64,000 bases of DNA from a virus, in the IMG/VR virus record IMGVR_UViG_3300001683_000001, positions 1-64,000 of that record. One strand, written 5' to 3'. Within the stretch, counting starts at the first letter, position 1. Every line of letters begins with the position of its first letter. The notes under the pieces are model-generated. The model did no database searches and was not told the DNA's origin. It saw nothing but the letters and a program-made list of their open reading frames with translations. The position numbers and the translations under genes were made by a program. Positions 9,393 to 19,693 of this stretch are shown here, piece after piece.

Positions 9393-9938
9393 TCAGTTCG
9401 CCTCCAATCCTGTTAGTGTGTCGTCGCTCACCGAGTTATCTACGGTGGTGAAGATTGCTGACTTCCCTACTTGGATTGCCTCGATTGTCTGAGCGACTGT
9501 GTTGATGATGCCAGCCTTTGCCTCGACGATTGCCGCAGGGACGACGCGAGGGCGGAGGGAGTTCCGGTGGAGGGACACAGCGAGAGGGACGGTGACGAAG
9601 CAGACCTCGGTGTTGTAGCCAGCGGCCTCTGCCTTGTCGAGTAGTGCAACCACTCGCTCAAGGTTGGTTCCGGTAGTGTCGTAGAGGACGCTCTCGGTTG
9701 GGTTGGAGAAGACTCCATCCAACATCTCTGCGACTACTGCCTGTGACCATGCGTGGATTGCCTGAGGGTCCTTTGGGTTGTAGTCAGGGTGGGTCTTCTT
9801 GACCTCATCACAGTCGATGCGAGTGAAGGTTGGGAATCGGCGGGAAGCGACTGTGGATTTACCTGCTGCTGGTAGTCCCATCATCACGACGAACTTGCGC
9901 TCGGAGGGGGTCGCCGCCGGTTGCGTCTTGTAGTGCAT
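9393..9938 (-). CDS. P-loop kinase, zeta-toxin/AAA_33-like
   Basis: MGLPAAGKST, IDCDEVK, LYDTTG, RNxxRPRVVP; start set 31 nt from TTCATATA box. Confidence 0.75.
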   Translation of the reverse strand: MHYKTQPAATPSERKFVVMMGLPAAGKSTVASRRFPTFTRIDCDEVKKTHPDYNPKDPQAIHAWSQAVVAEMLDGVFSNPTESVLYDTTGTNLERVVALLDKAEAAGYNTEVCFVTVPLAVSLHRNSLRPRVVPAAIVEAKAGIINTVAQTIEAIQVGKSAIFTTVDNSVSDDTLTGLEAN

Positions 9939-9954
9939 GGCACTACAAGGCAGG

Positions 9955-10026
9955 GGTTCCCTATATGAATGGATAGGGTAAATCAATGCTTTTTACCCTC
10001 AATATCGCATTTTCTGACCACGCCGC
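9955..10026 (-). promoter_or_regulatory. class-I (putative early) ~70-bp promoter, copy 1
   Basis: 32 bp identical to 13097-13128; TTCATATA 31 nt before ATG. Confidence 0.75.
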
Positions 10027-10033
10027 GACCCCT

Positions 10034-10118
10034 CTCGCGTGAGGCGCGGTCGCGGACGCTCGCCCTCGCATGCGCGCGCACCCCCACGCGCGAGAACCGA
10101 CCATGTTCCACAGAACAT
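10034..10118. repeat. bipartite element
   Basis: CGCGAG, 8 bp, ATGTTCCACAGAACAT (10103). Confidence 0.9.
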
Positions 10119-10201
10119 CTCATGGTTCCAATCGGAAGTAGCCACACCGCTTCGGTCAAGAACCTCGTCGCGTCATGGGGTCAAATCACAGAGGTAGCGT
10201 A

Positions 10202-10435
10202 ATGCAGATTCAGGGAGTAGAATTGGAAGTATGGCTTGGGTTGCTGACGGCGGTTCTCGCTCTCGGCATTTGGGCCTTGAAGCGGTATCAGACCGTCATG
10301 GCTGATGGGAAGGTCACGCTGGACGAGGCGATAGATTCGATTGATGAGTCAGAGGCACTCATAGACAAGGTAGTGGGTGAAGCCGAGAAGGTCGAGGACG
10401 CCCTCGACGCGGCTAAGGAGAGCGGCTCGGAGTGA
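10202..10435 (+). CDS. small membrane protein, holin-like
   Basis: N-terminal TM followed by ADGKVTLDE; GAGGT SD. Confidence 0.5.
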   Translation: MQIQGVELEVWLGLLTAVLALGIWALKRYQTVMADGKVTLDEAIDSIDESEALIDKVVGEAEKVEDALDAAKESGSE

Positions 10436-10693
10436 GTGAGTCGAATGCCTTCTGATTCCGACCTCGATAGATTCACAGACCTCATCCGAGAATGCCGTGA
10501 AGATGTGAGGAACATCCGTGAGAACCACCTTGCTCACATCGAGTCAGACATCGCCAACATCAACACCAGCGTAGCACTCATCGAACATCGGCTGGAACCC
10601 CTTGAGGATTTCATCGGGGAGTTCAGTCGAAAGGTGATGACTCTGTTCCTTGCGGCAGTAGCCGCCAGCATTGGGATTCCATTGGCGTTGTGA
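10436..10693 (+). CDS. coiled-coil protein with C-terminal TM (holin/XhlA-like)
   Basis: NHLAHIE coiled coil plus C-terminal hydrophobic helix. Confidence 0.5.
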   Translation: MSRMPSDSDLDRFTDLIRECREDVRNIRENHLAHIESDIANINTSVALIEHRLEPLEDFIGEFSRKVMTLFLAAVAASIGIPLAL

Positions 10694-10699
10694 GGATGT

Positions 10700-11554
10700 G
10701 TGTCGTTGTCCGAGGATGAAGCAGATTCAATAATCGAGGTCATCAACCTACGCGCTCAGGAACTCCGCGCTCTCGTCATCACCGTCGGGTCTATCTTGGC
10801 CCTTATCCTTCCAGCCGTTGAGATGATTGGGATTCTCGACCTCACCCCCTATGGCGAGGGCGATGATGAGTGGGTCACGGATGATGATTGGGAGTATGAA
10901 TCTGACTTCACCTGTGGGGATGGTTCGACCATTCAAGCATCGCTGGTGAATGACGGCTACAAAAATTGCCGGGACGGGAGTGACGAGCCTCTTGAGCCTG
11001 AACCTGAGCCGGTGCAGAATAATACGACAGTCATCTTGCCTCCGAGTGGTTGCACCGACCCCAATGCGGCGAACTATAACCCCGATGCAGAGGAAGACGA
11101 TGGGACCTGTGAGTATCATGGAGAGGAACCGGTTCTCGGATGCACCGACCCGGAGGCTGAGAACTACGACGACGGGGCCGAGGAAGACGATGGCTCATGC
11201 GTGTATGAGCCGGTCGAGGAATCCGATTGCAGACCTCAGATGTATGATGCCTACTATGACCTTGAGTCCGGCTTCAACGAGTCAGCCAATATGACGATGA
11301 TTTGGGATGCAGACCTGACCTGTGACGAGGCTCATAACCTCACCGTGATTTGGACATTCTACGACAACGCTACCGACGAGTGGGTGGGGATTCAGGAGCA
11401 ATTGGAATACTTGACCTTCGGTATGGATTGGGACTATGTGAATCTCACAATCTACACCGTCCCTGCTGGAACCTACAACATCTATTCCACCTTCTATCTC
11501 GATGTGACCGACACCTACTACATCGGAACCGAATGGTTGGGTGTCGAGGTATGA
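10700..11554 (+). CDS. membrane-anchored acidic protein with an LDLa-like module and two GCTDPxAxNY...DDGxC repeats
   Basis: TM segment; FTCGDG...CRDGSDE; two GCTDP repeats. Confidence 0.7.
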   Translation: MSLSEDEADSIIEVINLRAQELRALVITVGSILALILPAVEMIGILDLTPYGEGDDEWVTDDDWEYESDFTCGDGSTIQASLVNDGYKNCRDGSDEPLEPEPEPVQNNTTVILPPSGCTDPNAANYNPDAEEDDGTCEYHGEEPVLGCTDPEAENYDDGAEEDDGSCVYEPVEESDCRPQMYDAYYDLESGFNESANMTMIWDADLTCDEAHNLTVIWTFYDNATDEWVGIQEQLEYLTFGMDWDYVNLTIYTVPAGTYNIYSTFYLDVTDTYYIGTEWLGVEV

Positions 11555-11726
11555 CGATGGAATCATTCATCCTGATTCTTTTCGCCGGAATCTGCTTCGG
11601 CGTGTGCGTGGATGTCTATCTCGCTCGGAAGGGCTTCTAACGACCCCGATGGAAGCCTATACAGCCCGTCGAAGCGGTTCAAGGCCCCGATAGAGCCTGA
11701 TAGGGTTCGACGCGCTCTGAGGGCGT

Positions 11727-11834
11727 CTATTGTCGGATGGTGATTTTGCCGTGAGCGAGGGCAAGAATCAGGACTACTCCAAGTGGTCCCATCAGGACAA
11801 GACAAGGGAAGACACAGAATGCCGGAATGGACAT
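11727..11834 (-). CDS. 35-aa membrane micropeptide (paralog of 32266-32379)
   Basis: MSIPAFCVFPCLVLMGPLGVVLILALAHGKITIRQ read manually. Confidence 0.6.
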   Translation of the reverse strand: MSIPAFCVFPCLVLMGPLGVVLILALAHGKITIRQ

Positions 11835-11835
11835 C

Positions 11836-12813
11836 TCAGTTCAGCCCCTCGTTGCCGTCCTCGATGTCCTCGGCCATGTCTTGAAGTTCTGCCTCAGTCG
11901 AGATTTGCTTGGTTCGGACATAGCGGTCAATGACTATCTCGCCCATCTTGCTGTTCCTGTTCTGCTTGCCCCATGACTTTGCCTGAGCATCGGTGGCCTT
12001 GAACTTCTTGAATCCGAACTTGGTCACACAGGCGTTCCCGACGAACATCCCGACATGGGTTCCGTCTGCTCGCTGTGCGATTACCGGGAAGGTCGAGGAC
12101 TTGCGGATGGTCTTCGCGCAAGCCTCACAGTCACAGCCGTCGAATCGTGAGGGGAAGGTGGTTCCCTCAGGCCACACAGGGATGTGGAGATTGACCTTCA
12201 CATCGTAGTGCATCTTGCTCACATAGCCGGTGGAATTGTTGGCGTGTTCCCCGGTGTAGCGGTTGTAGCGGAATTGGCCGTTTGCACAGTCCTTGCATGC
12301 CAATGACGAGCGTGTCGTGGTGTAGCCATACTCTGCAACCCTTGAGTCGCGGCCTGACTTCCCCATGAGGAACTTCTTGCGGAGGGAGTGACCCTCGACT
12401 GTTCCGTCCTGAGGTGTGCGAGCGAAGTGGTGGTTGGTCACATCAGGCGAGTCAGCGACCGGCTGGCCGTAGGAGTAGCATTCCTCAATCTCGCGTGGGG
12501 TCTTGCCGTTGTCGCAGTAGGGAGAACCGTCGCTGAAAAAGCGGCTGGTGGGTGTGTTGAGCCATACTTGGAAGTCAGCCTCCACGCCAGCCTCGTTCCA
12601 TGCTTGCATCCATGAAACCCTCTCGGTGTTGTCGGTGCTTCCCTCAGGCAGAAGGTAGTCGTATTGTGTCTTCCTTCCGTAGCATCCTCGACACTCGACA
12701 GGGAGCCTCATGTCCCTGCGAACTGCCCTGACCGTCATTGGGGTGATGCCCCACATCTCAGGTGTCGTGTCTATCTCGGTTATGGTCGTCAAGGTCTTCG
12801 CGCTGTGGCCCAT
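11836..12813 (-). CDS. Zn-binding hypothetical protein (early cassette 2)
   Basis: CRGC, CKDC, CEACAKTI...VGNAC. Confidence 0.7.
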   Translation of the reverse strand: MGHSAKTLTTITEIDTTPEMWGITPMTVRAVRRDMRLPVECRGCYGRKTQYDYLLPEGSTDNTERVSWMQAWNEAGVEADFQVWLNTPTSRFFSDGSPYCDNGKTPREIEECYSYGQPVADSPDVTNHHFARTPQDGTVEGHSLRKKFLMGKSGRDSRVAEYGYTTTRSSLACKDCANGQFRYNRYTGEHANNSTGYVSKMHYDVKVNLHIPVWPEGTTFPSRFDGCDCEACAKTIRKSSTFPVIAQRADGTHVGMFVGNACVTKFGFKKFKATDAQAKSWGKQNRNSKMGEIVIDRYVRTKQISTEAELQDMAEDIEDGNEGLN

Positions 12814-12948
12814 TCAGTTCGCCTCCAATGGTAGCATGATGCGGCATCGACGACTTGGAACGAATGGCATTGGCTCGCTGTCGAAGGCCATCCACTCGTT
12901 CCCGTATTGGTCGGTGTAGTAGCGTCGGTTGATTCCTGTGCTGACCAT
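12814..12948 (-). CDS. 44-aa hypothetical protein (ends LEAN)
   Basis: Read manually; coupled junctions on both sides. Confidence 0.45.
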   Translation of the reverse strand: MVSTGINRRYYTDQYGNEWMAFDSEPMPFVPSRRCRIMLPLEAN

Positions 12949-12949
12949 C

Positions 12950-13045
12950 TCAAATGCCCCCTATTGCTATCATTCGGCACGCACACTCTATGACGGCCAC
13001 AGCCGCCCTTGTTAGGTTTTCGTTGGTTATTATTTGCTGGCTCAT
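12950..13045 (-). CDS. 31-aa leader microprotein of cassette 2
   Basis: ATG 32 nt from TTGATATA box. Confidence 0.45.
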   Translation of the reverse strand: MSQQIITNENLTRAAVAVIECACRMIAIGGI

Positions 13046-13065
13046 AGAGCCAGCAGGGCGGGCAT

Positions 13066-13145
13066 CCCCTATATCAATGAATAGGGTAAATGACTACTTT
13101 TTACCCTCAATATCGCATTTTCTGACCACACCGACGGTCCCTTTC
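13066..13145 (-). promoter_or_regulatory. class-I promoter, copy 2
   Basis: TTGATATA 32 nt before ATG 13045. Confidence 0.75.
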
Positions 13146-13213
13146 GCGAACCCCGCGCCTCGCGCGCACACCTGCGCGCACACGCGAGGATGAGGCCGTG
13201 TTCTGTGGAACAT
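13145..13213. repeat. bipartite element
   Basis: CGCGAG, 9 bp, GTGTTCTGTGGAACAT (13198). Confidence 0.9.
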
Positions 13214-13283
13214 TACTCAAGTAGTCAGTCCAGCACAGGTCGGATAGTCATCGTGAAGAACCGGCGACAGTCCTCCTTCTCCG

Positions 13284-15668
13284 ATGGCGGAGCGTAGGCG
13301 TGGATTCTTCGACCGCTTTCTCAGACGACGAGCGAGTCCTGAGCAGACGGCAAAATTGAATGAAATGATGCAGGGGTCTGAAATGGATTGGGATGGAAAA
13401 GCACTTGCTTCCATGAGTAGGATTCAGATGGCGACGAAGGCGGGACAGCCGAAGTCGCAGGGTGCGGCGACTCCGGTATCGTATGACCTGCTCCGTGATA
13501 TTTCCACGAAGTCGGAAGTAGTCAATGCAATCCTCCGTCGAGCCGTTGATGATACTCTCGCCAACGGCTACCAATTCATCCTCGCTCCCGGCAAGGAACG
13601 GGGTAGTGACGAGCAATTATGGAAGGTATCAGAGTTCTTCCGCATTCCCAACCCGGACGATATGGGTGACGAGTGGTTGGAGTCGCTTCTATTCGACCTC
13701 ATCCTGTTCGGTGATGCCTACCTTGAACTCGACGGCACGATGGATAAGGCCAGCAACGAGGGAGAGGATTGGAACTTCGGTGGCGACCTCAAGGCGATAT
13801 GGCCGGTCGCATCTGAAACCATCAAGATTATTCCAGCCAAGCAGACACCCAAGCCACCCAAGATGGCGTATGTTCAGACCATCAACCGAAACACCCGCAG
13901 GTTCTCCGCCGACAAGATAATTCACATAGCGAAGTTCAAGCAAGGACGGGCATACGGGTCCAGCCCAATCATCCCCCTCCTTGAAACCATCACAGGCCAA
14001 TTGAATCTGTCCAATTATCTCAACGCTCTCTACACCGGAACGCTTCCCAAGACTATCATGAATGTGGGCGACATTTCCAACAGCGAGATGAAGGCGATGC
14101 TCGCTCTGATTGAACAGCAATTGAGTGGAGGCAAGTCGCCCTTCGGACTCATCGCCATCAACGGTGGAACCGGATTCAATATGCACAGACTTCTCGACTC
14201 GACGAGGGAGGGCGCGCAGTTAGACCTGCTCTATTACTACCGTGAGGAAATCTGCGCCGTCTTCGGAATCCCACCAATGAAACTCGGTTGGGTGCAGACC
14301 GGCAAACTCGCCAACCCGGAACAGCAATTGGATGCTTGGTATGATGTTGTAGAGTCCTATCACCACCGACTCTCTGCGATGATTAACAACAAGATTCTGC
14401 CCTTGCTTGGAATCACCGATTGGAAGTTCCAATTCATCTCAATCAGACCAGCGCGTGAAACCGAACGAGCAGACACTCTCAAGTCACAGGCAATAGCCAT
14501 CTCCACACTTCGACAGGAGTCGGCTATCAGCATCAACGAGGCGCGCGAGATTATCGGATTCCCCATGTTGGAATCGCCCCTCGCGCACGACCCGTTCTTC
14601 ATCTCGCCCAAACTCCAAATCAATCAACCTGCGGAGGCTGACCAATCAACCGATGTTCCATCGTTGGTGGACCTATACCCACCCGAACCCGAACCCGAAG
14701 GCGAAGGCAAGGGCGCAGGGGAGTTCCCGCAATTTACAGACGAGCATACACTCTCCGCAGACTTCTCTGAGGAATCGAAGGCGGCAGTAGGTAGCAAGCG
14801 GGCTGAGAACAGGAAGCCATACGACAAGATTGAGTCCAACACGACCAAGACTCTCAACGAGGCATTCGGGGAGAATCAATCAGTCTTCGCAAAGCGTCTG
14901 ATGGATGCCTACAACGCTCGCTTTCAGCCGGACGATGTGATAGAACTCTCGTTGAACGGTAGCCGCCTGAGCAAGAGTGTGAGGAAGGCCATCAACCCCT
15001 ACGACATTGAGTGGGCGGTGGATTTACTCGACACCGAACTCGCTGGCCTCTTTGAGAAGCAGGTAGTCGCCGCCAGCACTTCTCTCACATCCGCCTACGA
15101 CAAGACCCTCATCGAACTCGCTAAGGGAACCGGACTTGAGTTCGCTTTCACCATTCAAGATGCAGAGGCGATGGCCTATTGGAACAGTCGTTGGAGAGTC
15201 CCTGCGCTTCGGCATACACTCGGCGCATATCGCAAGCAGATTCTCACAGTCTTCGACCGCATGAACGCTGAGAGGCAATCATGGGATTGGGCCGCGCGAA
15301 GGATGCGTGGTTCCATTGACCCATCAGGCAAGTCATACCCACGCTTCTTCTACGATAGGATAGCCCGGACTGAAACGCGCCGGGTCGTCGAGAATGCTCA
15401 CCTATCGGGACTCAAGAAGGCCGGATTCAAACAGGTTCAGAGGCTCGTCACGGTGGACAAGGTGACGGACGCTGACCTGTGCGCTCCGTTTGAGAATGAG
15501 GTCTATCCGTTGGACAAGTCAGGAGGGGTCCTTCCGGCTCATCCGAACTGCCGCTGTGACTTCGTAGCCTACCTTCCGGCTGATGAGGCCAAACCTATCG
15601 CTCCACTATCGGACAGCGAGATACTCAAGCCCGATGTTGAGGGGGCTGAAATCCTTGACCTGCAATAG
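13284..15668 (+). CDS. portal protein fused to a MuF/SPP1-gp7 head morphogenesis domain
   Basis: LILFGDAY, YGSSP, EICAVFGIPP (HK97-type portal); RIARTET...PAHPNCRC (MuF). Confidence 0.85.
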   Translation: MAERRRGFFDRFLRRRASPEQTAKLNEMMQGSEMDWDGKALASMSRIQMATKAGQPKSQGAATPVSYDLLRDISTKSEVVNAILRRAVDDTLANGYQFILAPGKERGSDEQLWKVSEFFRIPNPDDMGDEWLESLLFDLILFGDAYLELDGTMDKASNEGEDWNFGGDLKAIWPVASETIKIIPAKQTPKPPKMAYVQTINRNTRRFSADKIIHIAKFKQGRAYGSSPIIPLLETITGQLNLSNYLNALYTGTLPKTIMNVGDISNSEMKAMLALIEQQLSGGKSPFGLIAINGGTGFNMHRLLDSTREGAQLDLLYYYREEICAVFGIPPMKLGWVQTGKLANPEQQLDAWYDVVESYHHRLSAMINNKILPLLGITDWKFQFISIRPARETERADTLKSQAIAISTLRQESAISINEAREIIGFPMLESPLAHDPFFISPKLQINQPAEADQSTDVPSLVDLYPPEPEPEGEGKGAGEFPQFTDEHTLSADFSEESKAAVGSKRAENRKPYDKIESNTTKTLNEAFGENQSVFAKRLMDAYNARFQPDDVIELSLNGSRLSKSVRKAINPYDIEWAVDLLDTELAGLFEKQVVAASTSLTSAYDKTLIELAKGTGLEFAFTIQDAEAMAYWNSRWRVPALRHTLGAYRKQILTVFDRMNAERQSWDWAARRMRGSIDPSGKSYPRFFYDRIARTETRRVVENAHLSGLKKAGFKQVQRLVTVDKVTDADLCAPFENEVYPLDKSGGVLPAHPNCRCDFVAYLPADEAKPIAPLSDSEILKPDVEGAEILDLQ

Positions 15669-15790
15669 TCCGAATACCGAGTATGACCCATACGCACCGA
15701 GGGGTTGGGAACCGATACTCCTGAGTGCCGCATGGGGGCAAGAGTGGTTGAGGGTGCGGCGTAGGGCCTATGAGCAATTGAGTGGTTGAG

Positions 15791-16183
15791 ATGGCGAAGA
15801 CAGACCCGTTCGCTAAGTTCGCTCGCGCCCTCTCCAAGAGTGGGTCGAAGATGGGTCATAAGACCACTCCACACATCATAGACATCCTTGCTCACAGGGT
15901 CCTCAAGAACGCCAAGCGGCGCGCTCCCGTCCGCACCGGCGCGCTCCGCGCAAGCGGTCGTGTGGAGGCGGGGAGCAACGCCAACCAGCGCATCGTGGCC
16001 TTCGGGGGTGGCTACACCGGGGTCGAGTATGCGAAGGCTGTCGAGTATGGGAGATATTCCTACGCACCAGCGGCTCCACAGCCGTTCCTACGCCCTGCAT
16101 TCATCGAGGAAATGCGTGGAGTGCGTAGCAAACTCAAGGCCGCATTTCAGAAGGAACTTGACGACTTGGGTGTGTCCTACTAA
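15791..16183 (+). CDS. HK97 gp10-like neck/tail-completion protein
   Basis: AKRRAPVRTGALRAS, YAKAVEYG, PQPFLRPA. Confidence 0.85.
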   Translation: MAKTDPFAKFARALSKSGSKMGHKTTPHIIDILAHRVLKNAKRRAPVRTGALRASGRVEAGSNANQRIVAFGGGYTGVEYAKAVEYGRYSYAPAAPQPFLRPAFIEEMRGVRSKLKAAFQKELDDLGVSY

Positions 16184-17835
16184 TGGCCGAAGTCGAGGTG
16201 GAGAAGGGACCCACCTGTCGGCAAGCGGATGAGTCCTACAATGAGTGCGTTAGCCGGAAGGTCAGCGAACTGATTGGGACCGAGGGAATGGAGTCAGACC
16301 AAGCCATCGCCGCAGCATCTTCGATGTGCGAAACCATGTGTAGTGAGAAGGCCGAGGCAGATTCAGAATCGTCAAGAACCCCGACGAGGGAGGAAGACGG
16401 CATGAGCCACGCTCTTGAGTTAGAGAACCCAACAGTCATCACGGACAAATCCAAGTTTGATTCTATCAGCATTGAGCCTACTGAGGTCGAGGTGCATTAT
16501 CGCATAGTATCGCCCTTCACAGTCGTTGAGAAGACCAACAAGGCTGGCGACAACGATGTGACCGTGACGGGACCTATCTATGTCGGGAGCGACGAGGTTC
16601 TCGACAGGCATGGGGAACTCGTAGATACGACCGCCATCATGGCCGCTTGGGAGGAATACCGGAAGAACCCCGTCATCCTCTACAACCACTCCAAGACCTA
16701 CGGAGTCATAGGCAAGATGGAGAGGGTCAAGATTGGCGAGTTCAACGAGATGCAGGTCCCGATAGGAACCGCCATCATTGACGGTGGCGAGAAGGACATC
16801 GTGAGGAAGATTCGCAAGGGCTTCCTCAAGGCGTTCTCCATCGGCTTCATCGCTCGCGGGATGGTCAAGGTCTGCGACGACGACGACGAGTGCTATCTCA
16901 GATTCACCGACATTGATTGGCTTGAAACTTCAATCGTAGATGTTCCGGCAAGTCCTGACGCACTATTCTCGGTCGAGAAGTCAGTTCATCAGGTGAATGT
17001 TCCACAGAACATGAACGACGAATGTGGATGTGGAAACGAATGTTGCGATGGAAAAGAGAAGGAGATGATTGCGCCCGATGTCTTCACCAGCGAGGAAGAA
17101 GCCCTTGCGCGAGCAGGGGAGATTGGATGTGCAGGTGTTCATGGGATGGAAGACGAGGGTGGCTACACGGTTTTCATGCCCTGCTCTACACATGATGAAT
17201 ACGAATCTACGATTGCCTCGGCTAAGAGCGAGTCGAATAGCGCATCGCTCAATAACCCCCTCGCAGCACCCGTTGAGTCAATGACCGCCGATGAGATGGA
17301 AATGGAAGTCGCCAATGAACAGGTGATTGAGATGTCTGAGGCTCCCGTAGAGGAAGTCAAAGTGGACATGATAGAAGACACAATTGAAAGTAAGGCTGTC
17401 GTAGAGGACCCCGAAGAAATCGAGGCCCCTGAACTACCGAAGCCTCTCGATGTTCTCTTGGATGTCGCAACATCTCTCAAGGCGATTGACGAGCGACTAA
17501 CCGCCGTCGAGTCATCTATCACACCACCGGCAGACGCGCCGGAGGTTGCAGAACTCAAGGCCGCACTCGCTGAGAAGGATGATGCACTCGCTACCATCGC
17601 TCAGGAGAAGGCTACCCAAGATGCTCAGGACGCATACGAAGCAGACATAACTGCCCGCGTCCAAGAAGTCCTATCCTCCTACGGCGTAGAAGCATCGGCA
17701 GAGCGCAAGACCGCAACGCCCGATGAGAAAGCACCTTCCACAGACATCACACGATTCGACCCACAACCCGAAACAAGCAAGGGCATGAACGGCCTTGCTA
17801 ATTGGTTAGAGGCCAACCTAATCGCAAGAGGCTAA
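16183..17835 (+). CDS. HK97-type prohead protease with C-terminal scaffold region
   Basis: DRHGE, PVILYNH, FSIGF, ETSIVDVPA; acidic coiled-coil C-terminus. Confidence 0.85.
   Translation: MAEVEVEKGPTCRQADESYNECVSRKVSELIGTEGMESDQAIAAASSMCETMCSEKAEADSESSRTPTREEDGMSHALELENPTVITDKSKFDSISIEPTEVEVHYRIVSPFTVVEKTNKAGDNDVTVTGPIYVGSDEVLDRHGELVDTTAIMAAWEEYRKNPVILYNHSKTYGVIGKMERVKIGEFNEMQVPIGTAIIDGGEKDIVRKIRKGFLKAFSIGFIARGMVKVCDDDDECYLRFTDIDWLETSIVDVPASPDALFSVEKSVHQVNVPQNMNDECGCGNECCDGKEKEMIAPDVFTSEEEALARAGEIGCAGVHGMEDEGGYTVFMPCSTHDEYESTIASAKSESNSASLNNPLAAPVESMTADEMEMEVANEQVIEMSEAPVEEVKVDMIEDTIESKAVVEDPEEIEAPELPKPLDVLLDVATSLKAIDERLTAVESSITPPADAPEVAELKAALAEKDDALATIAQEKATQDAQDAYEADITARVQEVLSSYGVEASAERKTATPDEKAPSTDITRFDPQPETSKGMNGLANWLEANLIARG
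16997..17012. repeat. palindrome in prohead protease CDS
   Basis: ATGTTCCACAGAACAT encoding NVPQNM. Confidence 0.85.
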
Positions 17836-17867
17836 TGGGAAGAACACAAAAAAATAGAGGGAATAAA

Positions 17868-18914
17868 ATGACTGACGAACAATTTACAGATGTAGTAGAG
17901 CGAGTGAAAGCCGCATTGGGTGGAGCATCATCCAGCACAGGTGGAACTATGCTACCGACTGAAACCGCAGACGAAATAATCCGCATCGTGTATGAGAGAA
18001 ACTTCATGCGAAGTCTATTCCCCTCACTACCGATGGGAACACAGACCGTGAATGTGCCGAGCCTCACAGGCTCCGTCACATTCCACGAACAGACGCTTTC
18101 CATGTCGGAGGCTGGAACCGCCGCAACCGAGTCGCGCAACGCGACCGGCGAATTGGTGCTGACCCTCAAGACCATGATAGCGAACTGCCCTGTTGGGAAC
18201 TACCTGATTGCATACGGTGTTGAAGGATTACTCTCGGTCATCCGCGACGACATCGGCTCTCGCCTTGCCTTCAACGAGGCAAGCCTATTCATCAACGGCG
18301 ACACGACTACCACTTCATCCTACGCAGACAACATCAACGGACTCTACAATGCCTCAACCAATGTGACCGGTGTGAGCGCAACCGTGAACGATTACCTACT
18401 GATGTTCAACGGCCTCCGCAAGCAAGCAGGGAAGACCGTCACAGTCGCAGGGACCTTTGGTCTTGATGACCTACGGACGGGCCTGAATGAATTGGGCGTG
18501 TATGCAGAGAACCGGGACGACCTCGCACTCATCGTGCCGAGGAACTTGGAAGTTCAGATTCTTGGAATCACCGAACTACAAACTGTGGACAAATATGGAC
18601 CCAACGCGACTATCCTCAACGGAGAGGTCGGCAAGATTTACGGAATCAGCGTCTTCGCTACTTCCGCTATCGCCACCAACCTCAACGCGACCGGTGTCTT
18701 CGACGGCATAACCACCAACAAGACGGTGGCTGTTCTGTGCAACAGGCGTTCCCCAATAATCGGGAACTCGACTGTGAGCGACCGCAGGTTCTCGATAGAC
18801 TTCCACGACGAGCCAACGAAGGACCGATTCGTCTTGATTCCACGACAGGACATAGCATTCGGTCTGCGCTACGCAGATGCCGTCTGCAAGATGGTCGGAA
18901 TCACCACAGTCTGA
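17868..18914 (+). CDS. major capsid protein (HK97 fold)
   Basis: GGTMLPTE, FINGD, GKIYGISV; position after protease. Confidence 0.85.
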   Translation: MTDEQFTDVVERVKAALGGASSSTGGTMLPTETADEIIRIVYERNFMRSLFPSLPMGTQTVNVPSLTGSVTFHEQTLSMSEAGTAATESRNATGELVLTLKTMIANCPVGNYLIAYGVEGLLSVIRDDIGSRLAFNEASLFINGDTTTTSSYADNINGLYNASTNVTGVSATVNDYLLMFNGLRKQAGKTVTVAGTFGLDDLRTGLNELGVYAENRDDLALIVPRNLEVQILGITELQTVDKYGPNATILNGEVGKIYGISVFATSAIATNLNATGVFDGITTNKTVAVLCNRRSPIIGNSTVSDRRFSIDFHDEPTKDRFVLIPRQDIAFGLRYADAVCKMVGITTV

Positions 18915-19012
18915 GTCGGCTGACCGCTACTACTGACTGACTAACTATCACCATTGAGGCCGCGCCTTGCGCGCCGCGACGGTGAATAACCCCAACAAGG
19001 GAGGAATAGGAC

Positions 19013-19693
19013 ATGGTGACGACAGGTATCACGATGGGGCCACTCATCATTGATGAATCCACAGTCACCTATCTCGACTACTGCACTCTTGCTGATGTGG
19101 AGGCATACGCAGGGGTCAATTTCAGCGATGGGATTGGACCCACAGATGCCGAGATTGGGACGATGATTACCAACGCTTCTCGACTCGTAGATACCTTCGC
19201 CGGAGTTCAGATTGCCGGAACTGTATCAGCCACCGAGTTTTTCGACGCCAACATCTTCCAATCTCACCTCGTTCTCACTCGCAGACCCGTCGCCTCGGTG
19301 ACGAACATTTGGGAGGTTGATGACGCCGGGAGTGAAACGGCGTTGGTGCAGGGCAGGGTTCGGAACACCTCCGACTATTTCCTCCACGACGGGGATGCGG
19401 GAATCGTTCGGTTCATGGGGAACCTTGAGAGGACCGCGAAGGAGTATATCAAAGTCCAATACATCTCAGGCAACACCACTCCACCACCCGAAGCCAAGAT
19501 GGCTACAATCATGCTCGTAGTTCGCAACGCCGCGCGCGCCGCACTCAACGACGAGAACTGCATGGACCGCATCAAGGAGATGTGGTCGCGCTTGCTCAGG
19601 TCAGCCGACGATGATGTGAGTGATATGCTCGCTCTCGTCAAGAATAACGCCCCCGTTGCGGTGGCGACTTTCGGGCTGGATGGGGCATACTGA
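19013..19693 (+). CDS. head-tail adaptor
   Basis: YCTLADV...ASRLVD...PV..V; synteny. Confidence 0.7.
   Translation: MVTTGITMGPLIIDESTVTYLDYCTLADVEAYAGVNFSDGIGPTDAEIGTMITNASRLVDTFAGVQIAGTVSATEFFDANIFQSHLVLTRRPVASVTNIWEVDDAGSETALVQGRVRNTSDYFLHDGDAGIVRFMGNLERTAKEYIKVQYISGNTTPPPEAKMATIMLVVRNAARAALNDENCMDRIKEMWSRLLRSADDDVSDMLALVKNNAPVAVATFGLDGAY

Noticed and set aside
9393-9938. Complete epsilon-zeta toxin-antitoxin module
   Set aside because: No recognisable antitoxin; the kinase is the first gene of its cassette and its substrate is unknown
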